Below are positions 24,283 through 32,732 of a DNA stretch of 33,008 bases, in pieces. Under the pieces are notes generated by a model. It was not told the origin of the DNA, made no database searches, and saw only the letters and a program-made list of their open reading frames with translations. The DNA comes from Pirellulales bacterium (GTDB taxonomy: Bacteria > Planctomycetota > Planctomycetia > Pirellulales > Thermoguttaceae): assembly GCA_030642635.1 (NCBI GenBank), contig DAOWNK010000001.1, positions 1-33,008 of the forward strand, read 5' to 3'. The translations under genes were made by a program, and so were the position numbers. Numbering within the stretch: position 1 is the first letter of the stretch; each line of letters opens with the position of its first letter.

Positions 24283-24311
24283 TTTACATGCAGGTGGGAA
24301 CGTGCTATAAT
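24283..24311 (+). promoter_or_regulatory. Near-consensus sigma70-type promoter TTTACA-17 nt-TATAAT
   Basis: TTTACA at 24283-24288 and TATAAT at 24306-24311. A GAGGAGG Shine-Dalgarno site at 24332-24338 is followed by ATG 24344. Confidence 0.5.
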
Positions 24312-24343
24312 ATGTAGTGGGTGAATTGAATGAGGAGGCAGTC

Positions 24344-24583
24344 ATGATTTGTCGCGGTCATGTGAAGAATGGCGTGGTCGTATTGGACGATACGGTGACG
24401 TTGCCGGAGGGACTTGCCGTGCAGGTTGAACTTCCCGCCGGTGAGCCGGAAGAGCCGGTGCTGGACAACAGCAGACAGACGCTCGGCCGGAAGCTGCTGA
24501 AGTACGCTGGGAAGGCCGTTGGATTGCCACTAGATGCGGCACGCAACCACGATCATTATCTATACGGCATACCTAAGAAATGA
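24344..24583 (+). CDS. Small antitoxin-like protein (DUF104/AbrB-like N-terminus, '..NHDHYLYGIPKK' tail), no toxin adjacent
   Basis: 'MICRGHVKNGVVVLDDTVTLPEGLAVQVEL' and the C-terminal 'ARNHDHYLYGIPKK' resemble the VapB-like partners of PIN toxins that are common in Cyanobacteria and Planctomycetes. A strong Shine-Dalgarno site supports ATG 24344. Confidence 0.55.
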   Translation: MICRGHVKNGVVVLDDTVTLPEGLAVQVELPAGEPEEPVLDNSRQTLGRKLLKYAGKAVGLPLDAARNHDHYLYGIPKK

Positions 24584-24593
24584 CAACTGACCG

Positions 24594-25061
24594 CTACAAA
24601 TACTTTTGATACGCCGCCACCGCCAGGGTATCGCAGCGCTCGTTTTCCGGGTGTCCGCTGTGGCCGCGAACGTGTGTGAACTCGACGCAGTGCCGGCCGA
24701 GCAACTCGTCGAGCCGCCGCCAAAGGTCCTCGTTTTTCACTTCGGCCCAACGTCCCTTCTCGCGGCGTCGCCATCCGTTGGCTTTCCACTTCGGCAGCCA
24801 CTCGGTGATGCCCTTGCCGACGTAGACGCTGTCGGTGATCAATTCGACGTGTGTGGGGCGATTGAGCGACTCCAGGCCGCGCACCACGGCGGTCATCTCC
24901 ATGCGATTGTTGGTGGTTTCTCGCTCGGCGCCGACCCCTTCCTTCTCCTTGCCCGAGGCGACGTGCCGCAGCACGAACGCCCAGCCGCCGGGGCCGGGGT
25001 TGCCGCTGCAACCGCCGTCGGTGAAAAGTTGGACTTCCGGGGTGAACATAGCTCCGTGCAT
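24594..25061 (-). CDS. rnhA: Ribonuclease HI
   Basis: 'LFTDGGCSGNPGPGGWAFVL', 'TNNRMEMTAV', 'ITDSVYV' and 'VRGHSGHPENERCDTLA' are canonical RNase H1 DEDD motifs. Confidence 0.93.
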   Translation of the reverse strand: MHGAMFTPEVQLFTDGGCSGNPGPGGWAFVLRHVASGKEKEGVGAERETTNNRMEMTAVVRGLESLNRPTHVELITDSVYVGKGITEWLPKWKANGWRRREKGRWAEVKNEDLWRRLDELLGRHCVEFTHVRGHSGHPENERCDTLAVAAYQKYL

Positions 25062-25109
25062 TTGCCAATCGCTACGCGCCGAGCGAGCTAGGCGGCTAAA
25101 CTGAATTAT

Positions 25110-26870
25110 TTATGGCGACTCGGCTACAATGTGCTCATGCGGTAAAGCATATCGCGGCCTGGTGAATTCCTCTAGCTCTTCGACCAGCGCCGAATCCAAC
25201 CGAGGTTGTTCCTGGAGCATCCACGGCAGGCGGACCGTGAACGTGCTGCCGCTGCCTAGTTCGCTTTCGAGCGATACCTCGCCGCCGAGCAACTTGCACA
25301 ACTCCTTGACAATCGACAGCCCCAACCCGGTGCCGGAATATTCTCGGGTCATGGCGTCTCCGCTGGGCACGCCCGTGCGACCCTGCCGAAACTTCTCGAA
25401 GATCGACTGTCGGTCTTCCTCTGCTATGCCCACGCCCGTGTCGCTGACTTGCATTACAAGAAACCCGGTCGCGTCGCTTCGGGCGTCGACGGTAATTCGG
25501 CCGCCTTCCGGGGTGAACTTCACCGCGTTAGAAAGCAGGTTGTTCAGTATCTGCTGCACTCGGGCCTGGTCCTGGTGCATCGCCGGCAGGTCGCTTTGAA
25601 TTCGGGCGTTCAGGTCGATGTTCTTCTTTTCCACCAGCGGACGCGCCATGTCGCACTGGGCATGTACGACCTGGCCGATGTGGAAATCGGCCAGCCGCGT
25701 GTCCATCTTGCCGCTCTCGATCTTCGCCAGGTCGAGGATGTCGTTGATCATCTCCAGCAGCATCCTGCCGGAAGTTCGAATGTTCTCGACGTATCGCTTC
25801 TGCTTCTCGTCCAGCGAGTCGATCGCCACGAGCACGTCGCTGAAACCCAGTATGCTGTTAAGCGGTGTGCGCAACTCGTGGCTCATGGTGGCCAGGAAGT
25901 CGCTTTTGATGGTGTTCATCTCGTACAGCCGCATGTTCACCTGCGCCAGTTCGTCCACCTTGCCGTCCAGGTCGACGTTGACTTCACGGAGTTCGTCCTG
26001 GATGGTGACAAGGTGCCGCAACATGCGGTTGAACGCCACCGCGAGCGACTCGAACTCGTCTCCGGTGTGGATATCCGCCCGCTGCGAGATGTCGCCGCGG
26101 CTGATCGCTATGCTCACCTCGCGCAGGTGCCGCAGCGGCTTGACGATCACGTACCGAACGATTACGTACGAGGCGACCATCGCCAAAAACATCGTGACGA
26201 TGGCAGTGGCCAGCAGCATGGCACGGTTCAAATTCAGCGTTTTTTGTGTAGGTCCGTTCGGGATGATCACCTTGACAATGCCCATCAGGTCGCCCTCGGC
26301 CAACGGAGCGGCGCCGGTCATGCCGCTGCCGCTAAGGGTCAGTCCACCGTCGGGCGAGGCGCCCGAAAGCATCGCGTTATGGCACACTACACAGGAGGAG
26401 GCCTCGGCGTAGATCGGCTGATAGTACTGGTACTCGTTGCTGGACGGCACGAGGCGTTCGAAGAACCATGGTCCGTCCGAATCGGCAGGTCGTTCGACCT
26501 GGACTTGGGTAAACTTATCTACGACGTCCCATTCGAAGTCGTCGCTCGGCGCGCCGACGCCGTCGGTGGCCGCCGGCCGAAGGAATCGCCACTTGTACTG
26601 TTCCTTGCTGAGCCGCTCGGTCAATTCCTGTACTAACGGTAGAAAATTCTCGTTGGTCTCAAGATTTTTCCAGTGTGTGATGTACAGTACACGATCGACC
26701 AGCAGCCGGCCCATTATACGATTCTGGCGGTTGACCAACTTCTCCGTCTGGCTGCCGTACCACCAAAAGCTGGCGGTAATCAATACAAACAGACATCCGC
26801 CGAACAGGAACCGGCACTTCCGCTCCAGGCTCGTCTCGCCTAACACTCGCTTGATCGACTGATAAGACAT
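25110..26870 (-). CDS. Sensor histidine kinase with extracytoplasmic CxxCH (Tll0287/DUF3365-like heme-c) domain, HAMP, HisKA and HATPase
   Basis: TM1, then a periplasmic region ending 'YYQPIYAEASSCVVCHNA' (CVVCH at 26379-26393), then TM2. HAMP 'VKPLRHLREVSIAISRGDISQRADIHTGDEFESLAVAFNRM'. H-box 'MSHELRTPLNSI'. G-boxes 'DTGVGI' and 'GTGLGLSIV'. Confidence 0.9.
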   Translation of the reverse strand: MSYQSIKRVLGETSLERKCRFLFGGCLFVLITASFWWYGSQTEKLVNRQNRIMGRLLVDRVLYITHWKNLETNENFLPLVQELTERLSKEQYKWRFLRPAATDGVGAPSDDFEWDVVDKFTQVQVERPADSDGPWFFERLVPSSNEYQYYQPIYAEASSCVVCHNAMLSGASPDGGLTLSGSGMTGAAPLAEGDLMGIVKVIIPNGPTQKTLNLNRAMLLATAIVTMFLAMVASYVIVRYVIVKPLRHLREVSIAISRGDISQRADIHTGDEFESLAVAFNRMLRHLVTIQDELREVNVDLDGKVDELAQVNMRLYEMNTIKSDFLATMSHELRTPLNSILGFSDVLVAIDSLDEKQKRYVENIRTSGRMLLEMINDILDLAKIESGKMDTRLADFHIGQVVHAQCDMARPLVEKKNIDLNARIQSDLPAMHQDQARVQQILNNLLSNAVKFTPEGGRITVDARSDATGFLVMQVSDTGVGIAEEDRQSIFEKFRQGRTGVPSGDAMTREYSGTGLGLSIVKELCKLLGGEVSLESELGSGSTFTVRLPWMLQEQPRLDSALVEELEEFTRPRYALPHEHIVAESP

Positions 26871-26911
26871 GGGCGCATTTTACGTCAATTGCGGCAGCGA
26901 CGCCAGAGCGA

Positions 26912-29242
26912 CTACATCATATCCAGCGGGTCCACATCGACGATCCACTGCACGTCTTCCGGCGGTTTCAAGTCGGCCGTGGCCTGGCGCACCGCCGCGC
27001 GGAGCCGCTCGCCGTCGTGGCCCTGCAACTGTATCTGAAAACGATATTTGCCTCGCAGTCGGGCAAACGGGGCCGGGGCCGGGCCGAGGACACGGGCGGC
27101 TGCTTTCTGTTGCTTCAGCGCAATGTCCAATCGCTTTGAGAGTTCATCGGCGAACTCGGCGGTCGTCGACTCCACCGGACCGCGTATTACCAACCGAACC
27201 ATCGCGGCAAACGGCGGATAGCGCAGCATCTTGCGGATCGGCAACTCGCCGGCGGCAAACGCTGCGTAGTCGTGTCGGGTCGCCGCGTGGACGGCCGGAT
27301 GATCGGGGCTGTACGTCTGCACGAGCACCCGGCCGCCCTTCTCGCCGCGTCCGGTTCGGCCGGCCACTTGGGTAATTAAGTGAAACGTCCGCTCGGCCGC
27401 ACGGAAGTCGGGCAGATGCAGCGCCGTGTCGGCGTTGATCACACCGACCAGCGTGACGTTCGGAAAGTCCAACCCCTTGGCGATCATCTGCGTACCCAGC
27501 AGAATTTTCACCTCGCCGGAGCGAAACGCAGCCAACGCCCGACCGTGGGCGTCACGGCCCTGCATCGTGTCGGTATCCATCCGCAGGCAGTTTGCGCCCG
27601 GAAATCGGCGACGCACCTCCGACTCCAACCGCTGTGTGCCAAGCCCACCGTAACGGATGCCGGTAAAATCGCACTGTGGACACGCCGTAGGCGCCGGCAC
27701 CTCGTAGTCGCAGTAGTGGCACAAGGCGATCTCCTCGGTACGATGGTGCGTCAGCGCGATGTCGCACTCCGGGCAACGCATCACGTGCCCACATGCCGGA
27801 CACTGGATGTGGGTAGCGAACCCACGGCGATTCAAAAGCAGTATCACCTGCCCGCCGCCGTCAAGCGCAGCGACAATCGCCGTGTGCAACTGCCGGCTGA
27901 TTGCCCCGTGCGACGAGTGGCCGGATTTACCCACGCGCAGGTCGATCGTTCCGACGTGCGGCATGGGGCGATTCAACACGCGACGCGGCATCTCGACCAA
28001 CGTGTACTCGCCGGTCTTGGCACGGTGCCAACTCTCAAGCGACGGCGTGGCCGAGCCGAGCACCAACGGCACGTCTTCTGCACTCGCTCTGGCGATGGCC
28101 ACGTCCCGGGCGTGGTATCGTGGGGCGGTCGATTGCTTGAACGACGACTCGTGTTCCTCGTCCAGCACGATCAGCCCGAGGTCCGGCGTCGGGGCGAATA
28201 TCGCGCTGCGGGCGCCGACCACCACCGAAACCTCGCCCTCGACGATTCGCTGCCAGTGCCAATGCCGCTCGGCGTCGGTTAAGTGGCTGTGCAGCACCGC
28301 TATCTCGCCGAACCGAGATCGGAACCGCTCGACCGTTTGAGGGGTCAGGCTGATCTCCGGAACCAACACGATCGCCTGGCGGCCGAAACGGACCACCTCG
28401 CGGATTGCCTGCATGTAAACCTCGGTTTTGCCGCTGCCAGTCACGCCGTGGATCAGTACGGTTTTGTGCTCTCGTGAATTCAACGCAGTAAGTACGGCAT
28501 CAAGGGCGCGTTGTTGGTCGGGGTTCAGCTTCAAGTATTTTACCGGCGAGCCCCCAGGTTTATCCTGGGGCAAAGCTTGGCGCGGGGATAAACCCCGCGG
28601 CTCGCTGATTTCATGGCGGATATTTTGCACCCGACCGGTCTGTGAACGGATCAGCCCTTTGCGGCGTAGCGAGGTGATCGGCCCCTGTGTGCACTTTGCA
28701 GCCCGAGCCAGCTCGCCGGGTGTGAACGGACGATCGAACGCAGCCAGCACCTTCATAACTACGGCCTGCTTCTCTGGCAGTTTTAACTCGAGGAGTCGTT
28801 CGGCCGCCTCGGGGTTGATGCTTAAAAGCGTCGTCAGCCGCGTGCCGGCCTTTACGCGCACCCCGGCCGGCAGGACCGTCTCCAACACCGTAGACCATCC
28901 GCACAGGTAGCGGTCCGCAATCCATCGAGTAAGCCGCAGCATGGCGGGCGAGAGCAGGCTGCGACGGTCGATCAGTTCGCCGACCGGTTTGAGTCGCCTG
29001 GGACCGGACGCCTTGCTTTCCAGCCGGACACAATAGCCGGTTCGCAGCCGGTCGTTTCTGCCAAGCGGCACCCGCACCCGACAGCCCGGCTCAATCCGGT
29101 CGCGTAATTCATCGGGCACGGCGTAGTCGAACTGCAATTCCGGCCCGTCGAGCAAAACCACCGTGGCGACGAATTGCTCGGCCTGGTCGTCCTCGTCCCA
29201 GGGTTCCGGCTCGGTGTTGAAGAGGTTTTGCTGTTCGGGCAT
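26912..29242 (-). CDS. priA: Primosomal protein N' (replication restart helicase PriA)
   Basis: Walker A 'GVTGSGKTEVY', 'DEEHESSFKQ', and the Cys-rich zinc region 'CPACGHVMRCPECDIALTHH...CHYCDY...CPQCD'. Confidence 0.95.
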   Translation of the reverse strand: MPEQQNLFNTEPEPWDEDDQAEQFVATVVLLDGPELQFDYAVPDELRDRIEPGCRVRVPLGRNDRLRTGYCVRLESKASGPRRLKPVGELIDRRSLLSPAMLRLTRWIADRYLCGWSTVLETVLPAGVRVKAGTRLTTLLSINPEAAERLLELKLPEKQAVVMKVLAAFDRPFTPGELARAAKCTQGPITSLRRKGLIRSQTGRVQNIRHEISEPRGLSPRQALPQDKPGGSPVKYLKLNPDQQRALDAVLTALNSREHKTVLIHGVTGSGKTEVYMQAIREVVRFGRQAIVLVPEISLTPQTVERFRSRFGEIAVLHSHLTDAERHWHWQRIVEGEVSVVVGARSAIFAPTPDLGLIVLDEEHESSFKQSTAPRYHARDVAIARASAEDVPLVLGSATPSLESWHRAKTGEYTLVEMPRRVLNRPMPHVGTIDLRVGKSGHSSHGAISRQLHTAIVAALDGGGQVILLLNRRGFATHIQCPACGHVMRCPECDIALTHHRTEEIALCHYCDYEVPAPTACPQCDFTGIRYGGLGTQRLESEVRRRFPGANCLRMDTDTMQGRDAHGRALAAFRSGEVKILLGTQMIAKGLDFPNVTLVGVINADTALHLPDFRAAERTFHLITQVAGRTGRGEKGGRVLVQTYSPDHPAVHAATRHDYAAFAAGELPIRKMLRYPPFAAMVRLVIRGPVESTTAEFADELSKRLDIALKQQKAAARVLGPAPAPFARLRGKYRFQIQLQGHDGERLRAAVRQATADLKPPEDVQWIVDVDPLDMM

Positions 29243-29300
29243 GGCTTAATATGGTAGAATATCCCATCGACAACACACATTTTCAAGACATGGCAAAACA

Positions 29301-30011
29301 ATGCGATTAGGCATCTTCGGCGGAACTTTCGACCCGGTGCACTACGGACACCTGCTGCTGGCCGAGTGTTGCCGCCAGCAGTGCCGGCTGGACGAGGTGT
29401 GGTTTCTGCCGGCCGCGGTGCCGCCGCACAAGCAAAATCACGACCTGACGCCCGCCGAGGTCAGAATTGAAATGCTCGAGTTGGCCGTTGCCGGACATTC
29501 GGCGTTTTCGGTCTGCCGATACGAGATCGACCGCGGCGGGGTCAATTACACGGCCGACACGCTGGCTCATTTTTGCAAAGAAGACCCAAGTCGAGAGCTG
29601 TTTTTTCTGCTGGGTGCCGACATGCTCAACGATCTGCCAAACTGGCGTGAGCCGGAGCGGGTGTGCGAGTCGGCTATTCCAATCGTAGTTTGCCGTTCCG
29701 GGTTGCCCGAGCCGGACTTCGGCTGCCTGGCGGAAATCACCTCATCGGAGCAGGTCGAGCAGATTCGCCGTGGCCGGGTCGAGATGCTTCAGATCGGCAT
29801 CAGCAGCACGGATATCCGCCGCCGCGTGCCCGCCGGGCTGAGTATTCGCTATCAAACCCCCCGCGCAGTGGAGAAATTCATTGAGATGCAGGGGTTATAT
29901 TTGTTGGAAGAGCAGGAAAATCGAATTGACGCAGAAGAAGCCGAAAAGGCGTTAGCCGAGTCGGACCAGCGGATTCCCTACGAACAAGTCCGTCGCGAGT
30001 TAGAGTTATAA
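29301..30011 (+). CDS. nadD: Nicotinate-nucleotide adenylyltransferase
   Basis: 'GIFGGTFDPVHYGHL' (the (H/T)xGH motif) and 'ISSTDIRRR'. It carries a ~40-aa acidic C-terminal extension beyond the usual ~190-210 aa. Confidence 0.9.
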   Translation: MRLGIFGGTFDPVHYGHLLLAECCRQQCRLDEVWFLPAAVPPHKQNHDLTPAEVRIEMLELAVAGHSAFSVCRYEIDRGGVNYTADTLAHFCKEDPSRELFFLLGADMLNDLPNWREPERVCESAIPIVVCRSGLPEPDFGCLAEITSSEQVEQIRRGRVEMLQIGISSTDIRRRVPAGLSIRYQTPRAVEKFIEMQGLYLLEEQENRIDAEEAEKALAESDQRIPYEQVRRELEL

Positions 30012-30012
30012 A

Positions 30013-30273
30013 CTACGCACTCTTCCGCATCACAAGCAGCTTGCGTAACTGGTCCGGCATGGGCAACACGGCGGCATCTACCTCGCGGCGCAACGTCTCC
30101 AGAACCTGATCGAGTTGATCCATCGGGCCGAGTGCCAGATCGAGGAAGATAATCTTCCGGCCCAGCACTTCGCATCCGCCGCCGCCGACACCACCAAGCC
30201 ATTCTTGACGAACCTGGTACCCCAGCCGCGCGGCCAGATCGAGCGCATGGTCCAACAGTTCTACCGTGTGCAT
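30013..30273 (-). CDS. Hypothetical small protein
   Basis: 86 aa counted from ATG 30273 ('MHTVELLDHALDLAARLGYQVRQEWLGGVGGGGCEV...'). Codon usage is coding-like. I assign no family. It is convergent with nadD with a 1-nt gap. Confidence 0.5.
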   Translation of the reverse strand: MHTVELLDHALDLAARLGYQVRQEWLGGVGGGGCEVLGRKIIFLDLALGPMDQLDQVLETLRREVDAAVLPMPDQLRKLLVMRKSA

Positions 30274-30291
30274 CCCAGCTTCCCCAAATCT

Positions 30292-30407
30292 CCTATTAGC
30301 TTTCAGTAGGCCGGGTCGTGACCCGGCAAATTGGACGACATTGCGGCAAACCATTGCCGGGTTTCCAACCCGGCCTACTGAAAGCCGACAGCTTACCCTA
30401 TTAGCTT
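30292..30407. repeat. Inverted pair of GTAGGCCGGG-type REP-like hairpins flanked by an 11-bp direct repeat
   Basis: The 18-nt exact arms are 30299-30316 (GCTTTCAGTAGGCCGGGT) and 30368-30385. The hairpins are GCCGGGT-CGTG-ACCCGGC (30310-30327) and GCCGGGT-TTCCA-ACCCGGC (30356-30374). The direct repeat CCTATTAGCTT is at 30292-30302 and 30397-30407. Confidence 0.8.
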
Positions 30408-30588
30408 ACAGTTGCCCAGCCGAGTTCGACGATACGGAAAATGCGACTAACTTCTTTTCCTGCAAGGAGTTAAGACACGGGATTCAGGAAAAACAGCGAG
30501 GACACCATCGACGTGGCAGGAAAGTAAAAATGGTGTTTCGCGCGGAGTTCTAACGATCAGGCATTCCAGCCGGAGTTGAAAGTTATTT

Positions 30589-31422
30589 ATGGCAGAAAGT
30601 AACAACTGCGAAAATCCAAACCTGCAACAACAAGTTGAACTGCTGAAAAAGCAGCTTGCACAGGCGCAAACGCTGACCGCACTGGGTGAGTTGGTCGGCA
30701 CGACCACCCACGAGTTCAACAATGTGTTGATGACCATCATAAATTACGCGAAGATGGGAATGCGTCATAAAGACACCGTCACGCGGGACAAGTGCTTTGA
30801 GAAAATATTCGCGGCCGGCAACCGGGCGGCGAAAATCACCAACACCGTGCTCGGCATGGCGCGGAACCGCTCCGCCGGACAGGAACCAACCGATCTGACC
30901 AAACTGGTCGAAAACACTCTGTTGCTGCTCGAACGCGAGATGAACAAGTATCGGATCGCCGTGGATAGACATTTCCAACCAATCCCAGAAGCACTAATCA
31001 GCGGCAATCAGATACAGCAGGTGATGTTGAACCTGTTGATAAACGCCCGGCAGGCCATGCCGCGCGGAGGCCGGTTGACCATCAAGCTACAGCACGACGC
31101 CGAAAACGACATGATCGACCTGGTGATCCGCGACTACGGCTGTGGGATTCCACAGGACAAGCTGCCGCGGATATTCGATTCCTTCTACTCTACCAAAGAC
31201 GGCCCCGACGCCAGCGGCAAGGGCGGCACCGGGTTGGGGCTGTCGATGTGCCGTGATATTATCGAATCGCATCACGGACAAATCCGCGTACAGAGCACCA
31301 TCGGCAAAGGCACCGCATTCACGCTGAAACTGCCTGTTGCCGCCAAGCCCACGCCGAGGCGAGCACCGCTGCCGGTGGCTGGACTGCCGCAATCTACCCT
31401 TTGCAACTCAAACGCACGATGA
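30589..31422 (+). CDS. Cytoplasmic histidine kinase (coiled-coil + HisKA-like + HATPase), no adjacent response regulator
   Basis: H-box 'GTTTHEFNNVLMTI', N-box 'LLINARQAM', and G-boxes 'DYGCGI' and 'GTGLGLSMC'. No TM segment is present. Confidence 0.85.
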   Translation: MAESNNCENPNLQQQVELLKKQLAQAQTLTALGELVGTTTHEFNNVLMTIINYAKMGMRHKDTVTRDKCFEKIFAAGNRAAKITNTVLGMARNRSAGQEPTDLTKLVENTLLLLEREMNKYRIAVDRHFQPIPEALISGNQIQQVMLNLLINARQAMPRGGRLTIKLQHDAENDMIDLVIRDYGCGIPQDKLPRIFDSFYSTKDGPDASGKGGTGLGLSMCRDIIESHHGQIRVQSTIGKGTAFTLKLPVAAKPTPRRAPLPVAGLPQSTLCNSNAR

Positions 31423-32458
31423 GTCGTTCGAGGATCAATCGTGGCGCCAATGCGCTTACGCCCTTCAGGTCCAAATCGGCCTGGAGAAGCCAACCGTATA
31501 GTTTGCTTCCGTGTTGACGTCCTAAGCGTTTGAGTTGTTGCTCGGTCTTTTGAAGTGCGAACGGACGGATACCGGTCTGTTCGAGTGCACTGCGGAGTTG
31601 TACGCCGTGGCCGGCGGCCTCGGCCTGGAGTGCGAGCCGGGTGGCGGCGGCCAGCTTTCTGAGCGAAAATGATACTTGGGCCAGTATCCCGATCGGTTCC
31701 TCGCCGGAGGCCAGCAATCGGCCAAGTTGCAACACGGCCTCCGGCGTGTCGCCATCCAGTGCAGCGTCGAGCATCAGCCATGCGGTCTTCGCACGCCGTC
31801 CGCCGACCGATTGTCCGACCAGTTCGGCCGATATTTTCTTGTCGTCGCCGGCCGCAAGCGCCAACTTGGCCAACTCTTGATCGAGCAAACCCAACTCAGG
31901 GCCGATCATCTCGATGAGCATTTCGGCGGCCGCTTGGGGTAGCTCAACACGATGAGTCTGTTTGGCCCGGGCGGTAAGCCATGGAATGAGCTTGGCGGCA
32001 ATCCATGAAGCGAGCTCGGTGTCCTTCGTCGGTACGCTGCAATCGACCACCAGGGCGTTTGCGGAAGCCGACGCCTTGTACAGCCGCGTGTTGGCGGGAA
32101 ACGACTTCAACTCCAGCACCAGCACGCCGGCGTTGCTCGGCGAGCCGACGTAATCTTCCAACTCCGAGCGATATTGTGTGACGAATTGGTCGGCATCTTC
32201 GACCACAACCAGCCGCCGGCCGTCGCCGAACATGGCAACGGTGTCCAACTCTTCGAGCACGTCGCGCAACACGGCCTCCCGGCCGTCGAACTCAGAGAGC
32301 GAGAACTCGCCGTCTTGCAGGCCGAGCACCGCCGAGCGGATTTTAAGAATCACCTGTTTGCACAGGAACGGTTCGTCGCCGAAAACGACGCCGACCGGCT
32401 GCGGCGGGTGCTTTTCCGGTTTGGCAAGGTAATCGACGGCATGGAGCGGTTTGGCCAT
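31394..32458 (-). CDS. holA: DNA polymerase III delta subunit
   Basis: 'VVFGDEPFLCKQVI', 'LEELDTVAMFGDGRRLVVVEDADQF', 'VLVLELKS', and a C-terminal helical domain. The length and pattern are typical of HolA. Confidence 0.8.
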   Translation of the reverse strand: MAKPLHAVDYLAKPEKHPPQPVGVVFGDEPFLCKQVILKIRSAVLGLQDGEFSLSEFDGREAVLRDVLEELDTVAMFGDGRRLVVVEDADQFVTQYRSELEDYVGSPSNAGVLVLELKSFPANTRLYKASASANALVVDCSVPTKDTELASWIAAKLIPWLTARAKQTHRVELPQAAAEMLIEMIGPELGLLDQELAKLALAAGDDKKISAELVGQSVGGRRAKTAWLMLDAALDGDTPEAVLQLGRLLASGEEPIGILAQVSFSLRKLAAATRLALQAEAAGHGVQLRSALEQTGIRPFALQKTEQQLKRLGRQHGSKLYGWLLQADLDLKGVSALAPRLILERLIVRLSCKG

Positions 32459-32485
32459 AGCCGTGAGTATACATTATCTCACATA

Positions 32486-32557
32486 AAGCCGCGACCGGTG
32501 GTCGCTTGCGGCTTAGCAGCCGTTGGTGCCAGTGCATTGCTAAGCCGCAAGCGGCCT
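32486..32557. repeat. Inverted pair of ..GCCGC..TTGCGGCTTAGCA / TGCTAAGCCGCAAGCGGC hairpins (CTTG-tetraloop family)
   Basis: The left copy (32486-32518) carries an internal insertion, GACCGGTGGTC, that is itself palindromic. The right copy (32538-32557) is inverted. The spacer is 19 nt. Confidence 0.75.
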
Positions 32558-32732
32558 TATGACGGTTTATTGCCGGAAGTAGTAAACGGCATAACTTTTT
32601 CGGTCCGCGATGCACGAAACCTTTCCGCTTCGGTCTTGGTTTGGCCTAGTGTTCCTTAAACAGACATGTGTTGCTGGTGGTGACGCTGCCTGTCCCGTAG
32701 TTGTCGGACCCACTTCAAAACGTCAAAGTTCT

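Noticed and set aside
29890-30011. NadD C-terminal ~40-aa acidic extension ('..DAEEAEKALAESDQRIPYEQVRRELEL') as a fused antitoxin-like tail
   Set aside because: The resemblance to RHH/antitoxin C-termini is only impressionistic. It could be an ordinary lineage-specific tail. It needs an alignment before any claim.
10562-32557. CRISPR array hypothesis for the many short palindromic repeats
   Set aside because: The repeats belong to several unrelated families. They occur singly or as inverted pairs in separate intergenic regions and are not regularly spaced direct repeats with unique spacers. No cas genes are present.
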